Below are positions 41,575-54,036 of a DNA stretch of 64,000 nucleotides, piece after piece. A program made the translations under genes and the position numbers. This DNA is from Proteromonas lacertae. Its lineage: Eukaryota. The notes beneath the pieces were generated by a model, which did not search any database, was not told the origin of the DNA, and saw only the letters and a program-made list of their open reading frames with translations. Position 1 is the first letter of the stretch, and every line of letters starts with the position of its first letter. The DNA lies in contig NGBS01001175.1 of the NCBI GenBank assembly GCA_002245135.1, positions 62,001 through 126,000 on the forward strand. Reading direction: 5' to 3'.

Positions 41575-41780
41575 TTTAAAATTTAAATTATGAAAAAACT
41601 TGGCTTGAAATGAAATGTCATTTTGTGTAATTATTACCATATTTTTTTAACACACAACTACACACAATTAATTAACTAATTAATTCATAATTTAATATTA
41701 ATATATAAGATAATATAAATTTATATATTCACTACAATTTACCTTTATTTCTATATACAATTTCAATATACATTTATTAT

Positions 41781-43170
41781 CTATGTTTTAATCTCAATAT
41801 TACCTTCTTCTCCTTCATCGACCTCTTTCAAATCATAATATTTCTCACTATCAGCATTAGTAATAGTTGGTAAATAAATATCTTTATGATGATTCTTAAT
41901 AGGTGATGTAGCTGGAATAGTTGGACTTGAGCTATTATTAGACAATTTAATTGGACTAGTATTAAGAGATAGATCACTAGGAGATTCACTAATTAAAGAA
42001 GGAAACATTTCTTTATTTGGACTTTTAGAAGGACTTACTGGCATACTTTTACTGACTCTTCTAACACTACTAAGCTCTTCTTCTTGTAATATTGACACTC
42101 TTGGATTAGCAGAGACAGAATGAGGAGTTAATGGAGGAATTGTAGTAATTACTGATAAATTGGACTTTCTACGTCTAGCTGGCATATTCGATGATAAGTC
42201 AAACTGAGAGTTTCTTCTGGGGGTACTTCTCGATAGATTATCCTGATTATCAGTATCTTCAATAACTGTGCCTCCTCTTCGTATTTTACCATTTACTATT
42301 GGTGAATATGTTTCATCTGCATTTCTTTCAGTGTTTATATTACTTCTGACACTATTTAAAGCTGTATTTGGATTTGATGGAGAAGGTATTTTTATTGGCT
42401 TAACTACAGCCATTTTGTTTATTAATGATGATGGATTGAGTATAGACGATCTTCTTCTAGATGAACCTAATGGAATTTCAGTTGTATCTTTACATCTTTG
42501 AATTGAATCATTTGCAATTTCTTGCGGTGTTCTGTAATCATCTGTGTATTTTTCTAACACAGGAATGAAGTTAGGACGAGGGTTTATTAAGTCATGTTGC
42601 TCTCTGCTGACTATACTTCTCTTAATTTCGTAATTCTTCTTTTCTTCAAGCCTATCACTTTCTCGTTTTAGTTCTTTGATATATTCTGGTGTGTTAAATA
42701 GATTTTTATAGAGTTCAAATCGATCATTGTCTGAATGTTCGTTTTCATTTATATCATATATTAACTACATAAATAGAAATAAAAATAATACTTTACTTCT
42801 TCTGATTGATTCTGTATATGAGAGAAGAGATCTTATCCCAATGCTCCACTCCTTGTTCAGCACTCAATCGATGGTGTTCTAATTTTAATATATGAAAAAC
42901 GTATTTCATACTTTTTGAAGTAGATACTACTTCGGCAAATTGCTCAAAATTAATGCCTCCTTTGTTATCAACATCATAATTCTCAAACTCTTTTAAAATA
43001 CATTCTGTATCTGGAGGCAGATCCAATTCCTTCATAGTTATTCTCATTCTGTCAAATTCAATCAAACCACTATAATCACTCAATTCTCTGTACAGATCTC
43101 TTAGTACTTCTAATTCTCTATGGTTCAATCCTTGCATAGAGAAAGCTCCTCGTTTCTTCCTCTTTATCAT
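41781..43170 (-). CDS. EF-hand protein with long Ser/Pro-rich disordered tail
   Basis: DYSGLIEF and DVDNKGGINFEQF calmodulin-like loops; one intron near 42765-42790. Confidence 0.7.
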
Positions 43171-43325
43171 CCATTCTTTCGTTTGATAACTTAACATCAA
43201 TAACAATGACAATCAACGAATGTTAGAGGTAATAAGCAAAACTATTCGTTTCACATATTTTAAAAATCAATTTTCACACAATACAATCAATCAAAAATAA
43301 AAAAAATATTTTGTTATTATATCAA

Positions 43326-43968
43326 TCATGCATTTGAATTAGTTCTATCATTATAAGGGCATCCAGTTCCATCTCTTAAATGCTTTTTCCAACCTTCATC
43401 ACCAGGATCAATATCAGCATGACATAATGGACAACGATTAGCTTCAGTCAAAGGTAAAGCAGGTCTACAAGTGCCTCTTTTCACATGTTCATCAAATTTA
43501 TTCAACTGAATTGCTTCTTTACATCTTGGACATAATTTTGGTCTATCTTTCACACTGCATTCAGTGGTTAAATGTTCATTTAAACGACATATTTCAACAA
43601 CTTGATCACATAATGCACAAACAATTAACATTGGACAATCGTACAAATAATGTTCATCCAATAATTCTTCAGTAAATTGTGGATCACTATAATCACAAAA
43701 TTGACATTTTAATTCATCATCTTTACTATCATAATGGTCAGGTTGAGCAGTTGGTGGTCGCATTGTTGACTTTTGTACTCCATCACTAACATTCACTTGA
43801 CGAGCTCGAATTGATTGGCTTGGTAATTGATTTTCATTGATATCTAAATTATTACCATTTTCTTCAAGTAAAGCACTAATTTCACTGATTACATTCTTTC
43901 TTAAACCATTTAAGAAGGGAATTACTGCATCACTGGAAGTATACTATATACATAAATTAATTGATTAA

Positions 43969-44007
<39 letters not shown>

Positions 44008-46105
44008 CTAACTAATAAGCATATTTCTCTAGCAATTTCTCTCACTTCTTGTCTTGCATGTTCAAATGTGCTATTACTCTTCAAATAATTCATAACAATT
44101 TCCAATGTTAATCCGCTTCTTTCATTTAATCCATTCTTCTCTAATATTGCCTTTAATAAATCCAATCGATCTAACAATGGCTTATATACTGATGCATTCT
44201 TAGTTTTAAATGGTTTTAATATTAAATTACTCATAATTGCAGGTTCTATATAATCACACAGTTTTAATAAACTTTCATAACTCTTTTGATGTATTCTTTG
44301 GTTATTATCTCCTAATTTATCAACTAAAGTTTTAATTAATGGATCAATTGTGGAGATTAATAGTTTTTCATTATAATCTTTACTTCTACTTATCATTTGG
44401 TCAAATAAATCAATTGAACTTAGATACACTTGAGCCATTTTGTCTTTAAAAGTTGTCTTTAATATATCACAAATAATAGTCATTTTTTCATCTCCTTTAT
44501 ATTTATTAAAATCATCATAAGATATTGCTATCTTCTCAATACCAGCACTTCGTAAATTCCAAGCTTTACTAAATATACATTTTACTATGTATTCACCTAC
44601 TAACTCTATCCATTTCCCTATATCTTCTTTCTTTGCAGCTGGTATATCTTCAGGTTTATCTAATAATTCAGCACCTGGTACACCATTCAGTGGGAAATCA
44701 GAGGTAATATCTTGTTTTGGACTTGGCTCTTTCTCAAAGTTAGTTTGTCTATAAGGAGGTAATTTACCAACTGGTCTACTATCAGGTCGATGTTCTTCCA
44801 CTATTCTTTGATATGGTTTCATTGCTGATGGTTCAACTCCTTCATCACCATTATCTACTTTTTCATCATAATATTCACCATTATCTTGTTGCTCTTGTGG
44901 TGGTGGTACATCTTCATATTCAGGTTGCTGTTGTTGATAACTTGATAGTGGAGTTTTACTCATAGGAGTTGGTTGATAAGATGGTGGCATATTCTGATTA
45001 TAAGATGAACCAGGTGTTGATTGTGGTTGATAGGATGATCTAACAGTTGGAGTAGAATGATCTATAAATTAATAATAAATATAATAATATATATATATAT
45101 ACATGATTGTTGATATGATTGTACTGATGGTGTTTGTTGTTGTTGTTGCGAATATTGTGATAAAGGAGTACCTTGCATTGGAAGTGGAGGTGGCTGGTAA
45201 ACTGGTTGTTGGAATATTGGTAAATCACTGATCTTTGATTGTATTTCATCTCTTAATTTCTGTATATCTTCCTTCACTTGTGCTGCTTTATCATAATCCT
45301 CTTGTTCTACACTAATTTTCTTCGCTAATTCTAATTTGGATATTTGTATACCTAATCCTTTTAATTCATCTTCTAATACTTTTAATTTCTTTGCTTCAGG
45401 ATAATCTTCTCGATTTACTGCATCTCGTTTTGCTTCACTTACTCGGTTTAATATATTGGCAACTTCTTTATCAAAATGCATATCTACTGCTAAATCATCT
45501 GTTCTATTTATTCTATTTATAATAATAATAATAATAATAATATATACGGTTTTACTGAACTTGGTGTGATGTTATTACTCATTATTATTCCTTCACTTGT
45601 TAATGGAGTTGCTGCAGGATTTGGCTTAGGTTCTCCCATGAAATTAACGGCTACTATTCCTACTTGATTGTATAAATTTTGATCGTTATTGTAACTCTTG
45701 TGAACAAGAAATTTGATGAATTGACCTTCACAATTTACAAACACGCTTTTTAATTCTCTTGCTTTATATTCAGAACGTACATTTGGATCTAGTGAAAGGT
45801 ATCCTAATCTTCTAAAACGAGCTAGAGTATAATCACTACCAACTCCTACATAAAGTTCAATTTTGGTTGAAATTTTGGATTGGTGAGATAAAATTTGTAT
45901 TTGGGAAATTTGGGCATAGCTTTCTAATTCAAATACTAACTCCTGAGGATAATCACAAAATCTATGAAAATTCAATAACAAAACCATACTGTGTAGTTTG
46001 CCATCCTTTTGTTTCTCTTGTGTGTTGATTTAATTCGGAAGAAGGGTAACTTGGATCCTCACCAGAAGCATAAACAACTTTGAATTTCAGTTTTTTACTT
46101 TCCAT
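43326..46105 (-). CDS. CEP104: Centrosomal/ciliary-tip protein CEP104
   Basis: Jelly-roll (SGED...KGWQT.RFCDYPQEL, IQILSHQSKI, LGYLSL, KARELKSV, NLYNQVGIVA), coiled coil, TOG (SKAWNLR), C-terminal C2HC Zn fingers (CQFC...LDEHY...CPML...RCPLCH...GWKKHL). Confidence 0.95.
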
Positions 46106-46225
46106 GAATATTCAGCTGTTACTATAACTATCGAAATGATAATAATTAACTATACCACTTTTAAAAAATTAAAAACTGAAATTGATTTATCAAGCTTTAA
46201 GTTTGATCATTAAGATTTTAGTTTG

Positions 46226-47446
46226 ATGAGTACTTTAAAACTAAGAAAGACACAAGAAGCTGCAGAGGCTATTGCAAAAGCTGAGAAAAAGTATAGGTAA
46301 TTGGTCACCTTTTTAGATTAGCTACTTCATTCTTCAAGAGAAAACCAGACTACTTTTCAGCTGCTCCATTATATGAAGATGCTGCTAAGTGTTATGAAGT
46401 AATTGGAGATAAGAAAAAGGCAGTCCAATATTATCAGAAATCTGCAGAATGCGAATATGAGGTATAAGATATAATCATTGTATTCAATTTATAGAGTGGT
46501 GCTATATATGCTGCAGGTGAAAAAACACAAAAAGCTGCATTAGTACTATCTCAAACAAATGACAAGGCAGACTATCCAGAAGCAGCCAAAATATACGAAC
46601 AAGCTGCAGCCTATTATAGAGAATCAAATAATCCAGAAAAAGCTTGCGAAGTCTTAGTAAAAGGAGGAAAACTCTACGAAAATATAAATATCGATGAAAC
46701 AATAAGGTTAGTTGCAGAAGCCTGTGATTTATACAATGATAGTGAAAAAGAAATATATTCAACAGATACTCATTCCTATTTACTAACAGCAGAAGTGAAG
46801 AAAGGATTATACGCAGATGCAATAAAAGAGACTGAATTGATGGTTGATGTTTATACAAAAATCAATCAACCACATAATGTGTATTATTATATATGTATGT
46901 ATATATTAAATTTAGATGGAAATTATATCTTACTCAAGCAATATTATATTTAGCTCAAAATGATTTCCCTAGTGCAAAAGCAACATTTGAAGAACACTTA
47001 CAATGTTCAGAATATTTAAGAACAAAAGAGTGTGAAAGAGAGGAAAGATTGTTGAAAATATTTGAAGAATTTGATGAAGAAGCTTGGGCTGAAATGAGAG
47101 ATAGTAATTGCTTTAATAATTTAGAACCACAAGTGTTGAAAGTTGCAAAACATTTACAAGTTACAGGTGGAGTTGCTACTTCTACTCCAAAACCAGGACA
47201 AACCACTCCCAAACCAGCTGTTAAACCTTCAGCAGCTAAACCAGAAGTTGCTTCACCTCCACCACCAGTTGCTACAAGTACTAAAGAAAGTATATTTAAT
47301 TGTTCTATATATTGTTTATAGAAGAGAATGAAGAAGCTCCAGAATTACCAAAAACTGAAGAACCAAAAGAGGAAGATAAACCTGAAGAACCAAAGAAAGA
47401 AGAAGAGAATGAAGAAGAACCTGATTATGGAATAGATTTGTGTTAA
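46226..47446 (+). CDS. NAPG: Gamma-soluble NSF attachment protein
   Basis: AKAEKKLATSFFKRKPDYFSAAPLYEDAAKCY; TPR-like helices; acidic C-terminus ending IDLC. Confidence 0.85.
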
Positions 47447-47524
47447 AATAATATATTTGTTATTTTATAGAGTTTTAAAATAAAAATAAAAATAAAGAAA
47501 AACTCATAATTCTTATTAATTCTT

Positions 47525-50500
47525 CTATTTCTCTTCTTCTTCTTTATCATCTTTTTTATCTTTATCTTCTTCTTCTTTTTTCTCTTCTTTTCTTATATTT
47601 AAATCTGGAGCAATACTTGGATCAAAACTAAATCGACTTCCCACACTTTTTACTTCATTCTTTTCAACATATAAGTAAAGAGTATCATCCATCTCATTTA
47701 TTTCATTCTTACATAGTATTCTCAACTTATAAAAAGATAAAACTTCATTTCTACATCCACTTATTATTCCTGTTTTACTATCAAGTTCAATTCCAGATGG
47801 TAATTCTATTAATGAATTAATCACAAGAATTATTATACCTTCATCTGATGAAAATGAACAATATAAACCATCACATTCTGGTTTGATTTTAAATGGCTCA
47901 TTTATTTTATATCGGAAATTATTTGGAGGTTTGGGATATACGAAATGAGTAATACCTCCTACTGATATTCTAATCTGTTGAGTTGATTCATATAAATCAC
48001 TTTTACATGTTACTGTATATTCAGTTGATTCTAATGGAATATCATATTTACCTTTGATTATTCCATTGTCTGGATCAAGAGATATACCTTCTGGTAATGC
48101 TATTAAGATGAATATATAACTAAATACAAGGATTAATAGTGAATGAATAACATTTATCAAATAATACTGGAATAATTTCAAAACTTTCTTCTTTCTTCAA
48201 GTTCTTTTCTTTACAAGGATATTTGAATTTTGGTGATGCAATAACAGCGAATGAAATCTGAATGCTTAATTCATTTACTTCATTTTTACATGTTATTGTA
48301 TATTCAGTTTCAGTATGCGGTTTTAAACATTTACCTTTGATTTCTCCACTTCTATTATCAAATTTTATACCTTCAGGTAATTCTATTTATAATAATCAAA
48401 GGCTATATATATACCTGGTTCTATTGAAAATTCACATTCTCCACCATTATACTTTGGAGAGAAATAAACATCATCATTTATATATCTTTTTATATTATTC
48501 TTTCTATATGATAATTCTGTTAATTCTCCCATTAATAATACAATACTATATTCTAATTCATTACATCCATTTTTACACTTCACTATATATTTTGTTTCTT
48601 TTTGAGATTTTAAACATTTTCCCTTTATTATCCCAGTTGAATTATCCAACTCTATACCTTTAGGAAAATCTATTCATATTAAATTCTCATCTATACCTGG
48701 TTCTACTGAAAATTCACATTCTATACCATCATATTCTGGAATTAAATGGATATCCTCCTTGATTTTAAGACATTTACATATATCTCCATACACACCAAAA
48801 TATCTATCATTTACAGTTTCATTTACATCTTTATATTCAAATTTTGTTATTTTACCTATTGATATTGTTACATTTTGTTTCATTTCATTTGTTTCATTTC
48901 TACAAGTAATTGTATATTCAGTTTGTTTAGATGGATGTGAAGATTTACCACTAATTCTTCCATTTGATTTGTCTAACTCTATACCTTCAGGTAAATCTAT
49001 TATATTTAATCTAAAATCTATAAAATACCTGGGTTAACTGAAAATTCACATTCTTCACCATCATATTCAGCAGTTAAATTGATTTCTTCGTTGACTTTCA
49101 TTGTTTTATTTGAATTTCCATACCAATAATTGATTTCTCTATAGGCGAATTGAGTCAATTCTCCCACTGAGATAGTTACTATTTGTTGTAATTCATTTGT
49201 TTCATTTCTACAAGTAATTGTATATTCAGTTCTTTTAGATGGATGTGAACATCTTCCTCTAATTATTCCAGTGTGATTATCTAATTCTATACCTTCAGGT
49301 AAATCTATTTATAATAAAATACAATCTATAAAATACCAGGTTTAACTGAAAATTCACAATTTCCTCCATCATAATCAGCACTTAAATTGATTTGTTGGTT
49401 TATTCTGTAAATATTGTTCATAGAATTATATGAAAATCTTGTCAATTCTCCAACTGATATAATAATTCTTTGTTTTATTTCATTTGTTTCATTTTTACAT
49501 GATATAATATAATCTGTTCTTTTAAACAATTTTGAACATTTACCTTGGATTATTCCACTTTCCCAATCAAAAATAATACCATCAGGTAAATCTATTTATT
49601 ATATGGTAAAATCCATTAAAATACCTGGTTCAATTGAAAAAACACATCCTCTACAATCATTATTTGGAATTAATTTGATTTCTTCATTTAGTTTTAGATT
49701 TTTATATTCACCTCTGCAATAAGACATTTGATCTTGATATGAGAATTGAGTCAATTCTCCTATAGATAATTTGATTCTTTGTTGCAATTCATTTGTTTCA
49801 TTCTTACATGTTATTGTATAATCACTTGCATTATGTATTGTTTTACTTCTACCTGTCATTCTTCCAGTTGAAGGATCAAGTTTAATGCCATCAGGCAATT
49901 CTATTTATTGATTAATTATTTATAGGTAAAATATACTTGGCCAAATAGTAAATTCACACATTTCACCATCATAACTAGGCATTGTATTGATTTCTTCATC
50001 CACATTTACTTTAATATTATTATATGAAAACTGTGTTAATTCTCCAACTGAAAATGTTACATTATGCGATAATGTTTTTGTTTCATTTTTACAAGTAATT
50101 GTATATACAGTTCTTTTAGAAGGTCTTGAAGCTCTTCCTCTGATTGTTCCACTAGACTGTTCTACTTCAATACCATCAGGTAAATCTATTCATTAAAGTA
50201 GATAAATATACTTGGAGAAACAGAAAATTCACACATTTCACCATCACATTTTGGAGGAATGCTAATATATTCATTAACTTTGTAACTTTTGTTAATAGCA
50301 ACTTCATAATTATAATATTCACGACGACGTCTATAGTATCTATAATCTGTTATTGTTTCTGTATATGAAAACTGTGTTAATTGTCCGATTATAATATATA
50401 TTGTTTGTTTCATTTCGTTTGTCTCATTTTTGCAACAAATTGTATATGTTGTTCTTTTAAATGGATGTGGACATTTTCCACTGATTGATCCGTTTGATAT

Positions 50501-53500
50501 ATCGAATACTACACCATCAGGTAAATCTATTTATTACATTATAATATTCCACATTATACCTGGTTCTATTGAAAATTTGCATTCTTCTCCATCACATTCT
50601 GGAACTAAGTTGATTTGCTGATTTACTCTGAAACTATAGTTGGAAGGGTTATATGAAAATTTGGTCAATGCTCCAACAGATATAATTACACTTTTCTTCA
50701 TTTCATTTGTTACATTCTTACATGTAACTACATATTCTGCTTCTTTATACATACTTTTACATCTACCTTTGATTATTCCAGTTAAACTATCCATTTCAAT
50801 TCCTTCAGGTAGTTCTATTCATAATATATAATTAACATACCTGGTTGAATAGAAAATTCACATTCACCACCATCATAAACAGGGATTAAATTGATTTCTT
50901 CATCAAACTTAAGGTTTTTGTTTATATCATAATAATAATTGTTATTATATGGATAACGATTATTTCCATATTCTGTATCTTTATATGCAAACTGTGTTAA
51001 TTCTCCAACAGATATCTTCACTTTTCGATGAATTTCATTTGTTACATTTTTACAGATTATTAAGTATTCAGATTCCTTAAATGGCTTTGAACATCTTCCT
51101 CTTATTACTCCATTTGATCTATCAAATTCTAAACCATCAGGTAAATCTATTCATTCATTAATAAATGCAAATATATACTTGGCTCAATCATATATATGCA
51201 TTTTGAACAATCACATTGTGGAACTAAATTGATTTCTTCATTTAATTTGTATTTGTTTTTTTCAGAATTGTATGAAAATATTGTTAAATCTCCAACTGAT
51301 ATTGTTACTCTTTGTTTCAATTCGTTTGTATCATTTCTACATATTATTGTATATTCTACTGCTTTCCAAGGTTCTGAACAACTACCTTTAATTATTCCAT
51401 TTTCATTATCTAATTCTATACCTACAGGTAAATCTATTCATTATTATTCATTCAAATATACTTGGTTCAATTGAAAAGTTACACATTTCACCATCATAAT
51501 CAGGTATTAGATTGATTTCTTCATCAATTTTAGCTTTGATATTCTTTGAATAATATTTGAATTGAGTTAATTTTCCAGCTGTTAATACTACTACGTATTG
51601 TAATTCATTGCATATATTCTTACAAGTTATCTTATACTCAGTTTTCTTTAATGAATTTAAACATCTTCCTTGAATAACTCCAGTTGATTCATCTAACTCA
51701 ACACCATCAGGAAATTCTATTTATAATTATTAATTCTATGAATTATACTTGGCTCAACTGAAAATACACATACTCCACCATCATGCTCAGGTATTAGATG
51801 AATCTCTTGATTGACTTTTAAATTCAAAATTGTTTTTAACACTTTTCTTTTGAGTTTTTCATTTTCATCACTTTCACTCTCGATTTCATTATCATTATCA
51901 GAATTTGGATTTTCTTCCATATTCTCTTCTTGTTGATTTTCGTATTTGAAATAGGAAAGCGGAGAAACTGCTATTGTCAATTCATAACTTAATGCGCTAG
52001 TAGGATTTTCACATTCAATTTTGTATGTAACAAAATTCATAAATTTGTTAGGAATTCCACTTATTACTCCTGTTAATCTATCCAAACATAAACCATCAGG
52101 AAGATCTACAATTATAATAACAATTGAATATTATATATACATGGAGTTACTCTGTAAATACAATTCTTTCCTTTTATGTTTGGTTCAATTGAACAATTCT
52201 CATTAATTTTGAAATTATATTCTTTTGGTTTATCTTTTTCAACAGTGAGAGAATTATCATATGAAGAAATTGTTTTGAATTTGGCTTTTGATATATTCTC
52301 CATTATACTTTTATAATCAGAGGAATGTAAATATTCATTTGATATTATTTTCTCCAATAATTCATCAGATAATATTGTCTCCAGTAAATCATCAGATACT
52401 TTCTTATCCAATAATCCATCGGAAATAATTTTCTCCAATAATTCATCAGATATTTTCTTCTGAATATTTAACGCAAGAATATATGCTATTGTATATTATA
52501 TATAAGATTAATACGAGTATAGAAATAGCTTAAACATTTGATGATTTTATCATTCTCTTTATCATCCTCTTTTCCATATTCTTTCACAATTTCTTTTATT
52601 AATATCATATAATCTTCTTCACCGATTAACTCTATTGCAAAACATTATGAGAATATATATATATATATACCATTTATATCGCCTTTTATATGACATATTA
52701 ACAATAAACAAGCAATCTTGAATCTTATATTCATATATTTTAAATATTTCTTCAATATCTTTTGTATATCTTTATTATGTAAATATGTTATTAGTTCATC
52801 TGTTACTGATGTAAAACAGGGTGTATCATAGTAATATTCTTTCAGTAACTCCGTTAATTTTTCATCATTATTAATTTCAGGGAAATCTTGAATATAAATT
52901 CTGTTTGAAAGTAGCTTTGATTCATTTTGATATTTCTTAAACATTTCTTCATTTATCAGTTCTGTTGGGTTTTCATCAATCATATTCCAATTAATTCTAT
53001 TCCAATTGATATTTGGAAATATTCTTATCTTAAAATCATCAATTAATTCATTTTCATCTTCATAATATTGTTTTATGTTTTTGTAATACTCAAGTAAAGA
53101 TTTAAATAGTTTTTCTTCGTTATCAACTTGCAGACAAGGAATTTTCAGTATATATTCAACTGACGGGACAGTCAACTCCTTTAATTCTGGAGATAGTAAT
53201 ATTTTATTTGCTGTTGTTGAGAAAATTTGTTTGAGTAAAATTTCCAATTCTTCCAAAGCAGCTGAATTTGAATAACTAATTAACTGGTATATGTCATTAA
53301 TCAACTGGTTGTTAATTATTTCTTCGAGACATTTCATGCATGAAGGGATTAGTCGATTATCACCATAACATACACAAAAGGAAAGAATACCAATTATATT
53401 ATCACCATCCAGAGTAATCTCTTGACCACTGTAAAATCGATTGATATATTTCATACAAGCAGGATTTACTTCATAAGAAAGAGAAAGAGGATCACTACAT

Positions 53501-53854
53501 AATGGATCATTAATCAATGATTTAAGCATCTCATTTTGGTAGGATAATATGAACTTGAAACTCTTGATATTTGTATCTTGTATTTCAAGAGTTATATCGC
53601 CAAATCCTTTTTCTAATAATTCATCGATTTTCCTATTATCATATTATACACTACGAATATACAAATAAGGAGGAGTTTTGTGAATGAACTCACTTACTTC
53701 CTCATGCTTTTCTGACAATGTTTTCATCATCGATTCTACTGATTTTTCATTCAGAATCACATTCAACTTACCTCGACCATATTTCTTTTCAAACACTTTA
53801 ATTCTATATTGTATGCTGTAAATAATCAATATACTCTTCTTCTATTATACTCAT
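47525..53854 (-). CDS. BTB/POZ-BACK protein with ~15 tandem He_PIG-like Ig-fold repeats
   Basis: BTB: GFGDITLEIQDTNIKSFKFILSYQNEMLKSL...INRFYSGQEITL; BACK: ILKIPCLQVDNEEKLFKSL; repeats LPxGIxLDxxxGxIxG...YxITCKNETNE...ISVGELTQFSY...NEEIxLxPxYDGxxCEFSIEP. No signal peptide or TM seen. Confidence 0.8.
47806..52140 (-). repeat. Tandem exon-intron repeat array: 15 homologous phase-1 introns, 14 frame-symmetric exons
   Basis: Introns at 52106-52140, 51717-51748, 51434-51461, 51147-51178, 50815-50840, 50527-50559, 50186-50211, 49901-49936, 49592-49624, 49305-49336, 48997-49028, 48670-48696, 48383-48414, 48100-48127, 47806-47838. Confidence 0.88.
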
Positions 53855-54036
53855 TCTTATGCTTTAGAGTATTTAATGGCTTTATAGTAATAATGATGAT
53901 AATGCAAGTGACTTTCACAGTGAAGGTCAAAGATTCTATTGGACAATACAATTTTTCAATTTTTAACATTATTTATAAGATATATTATATCAATTAATTA
54001 AGAAATATATTGATAATAACAACATACAGCTTATAT

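Noticed and set aside
47806..52140. CRISPR array, transposon or diversity-generating retroelement explanation for the repeats
   Set aside because: Units are ~280-390 bp diverged protein-coding exons with spliceosomal introns. No reverse transcriptase, transposase, Cas gene or template/variable repeat pair was seen in the window.
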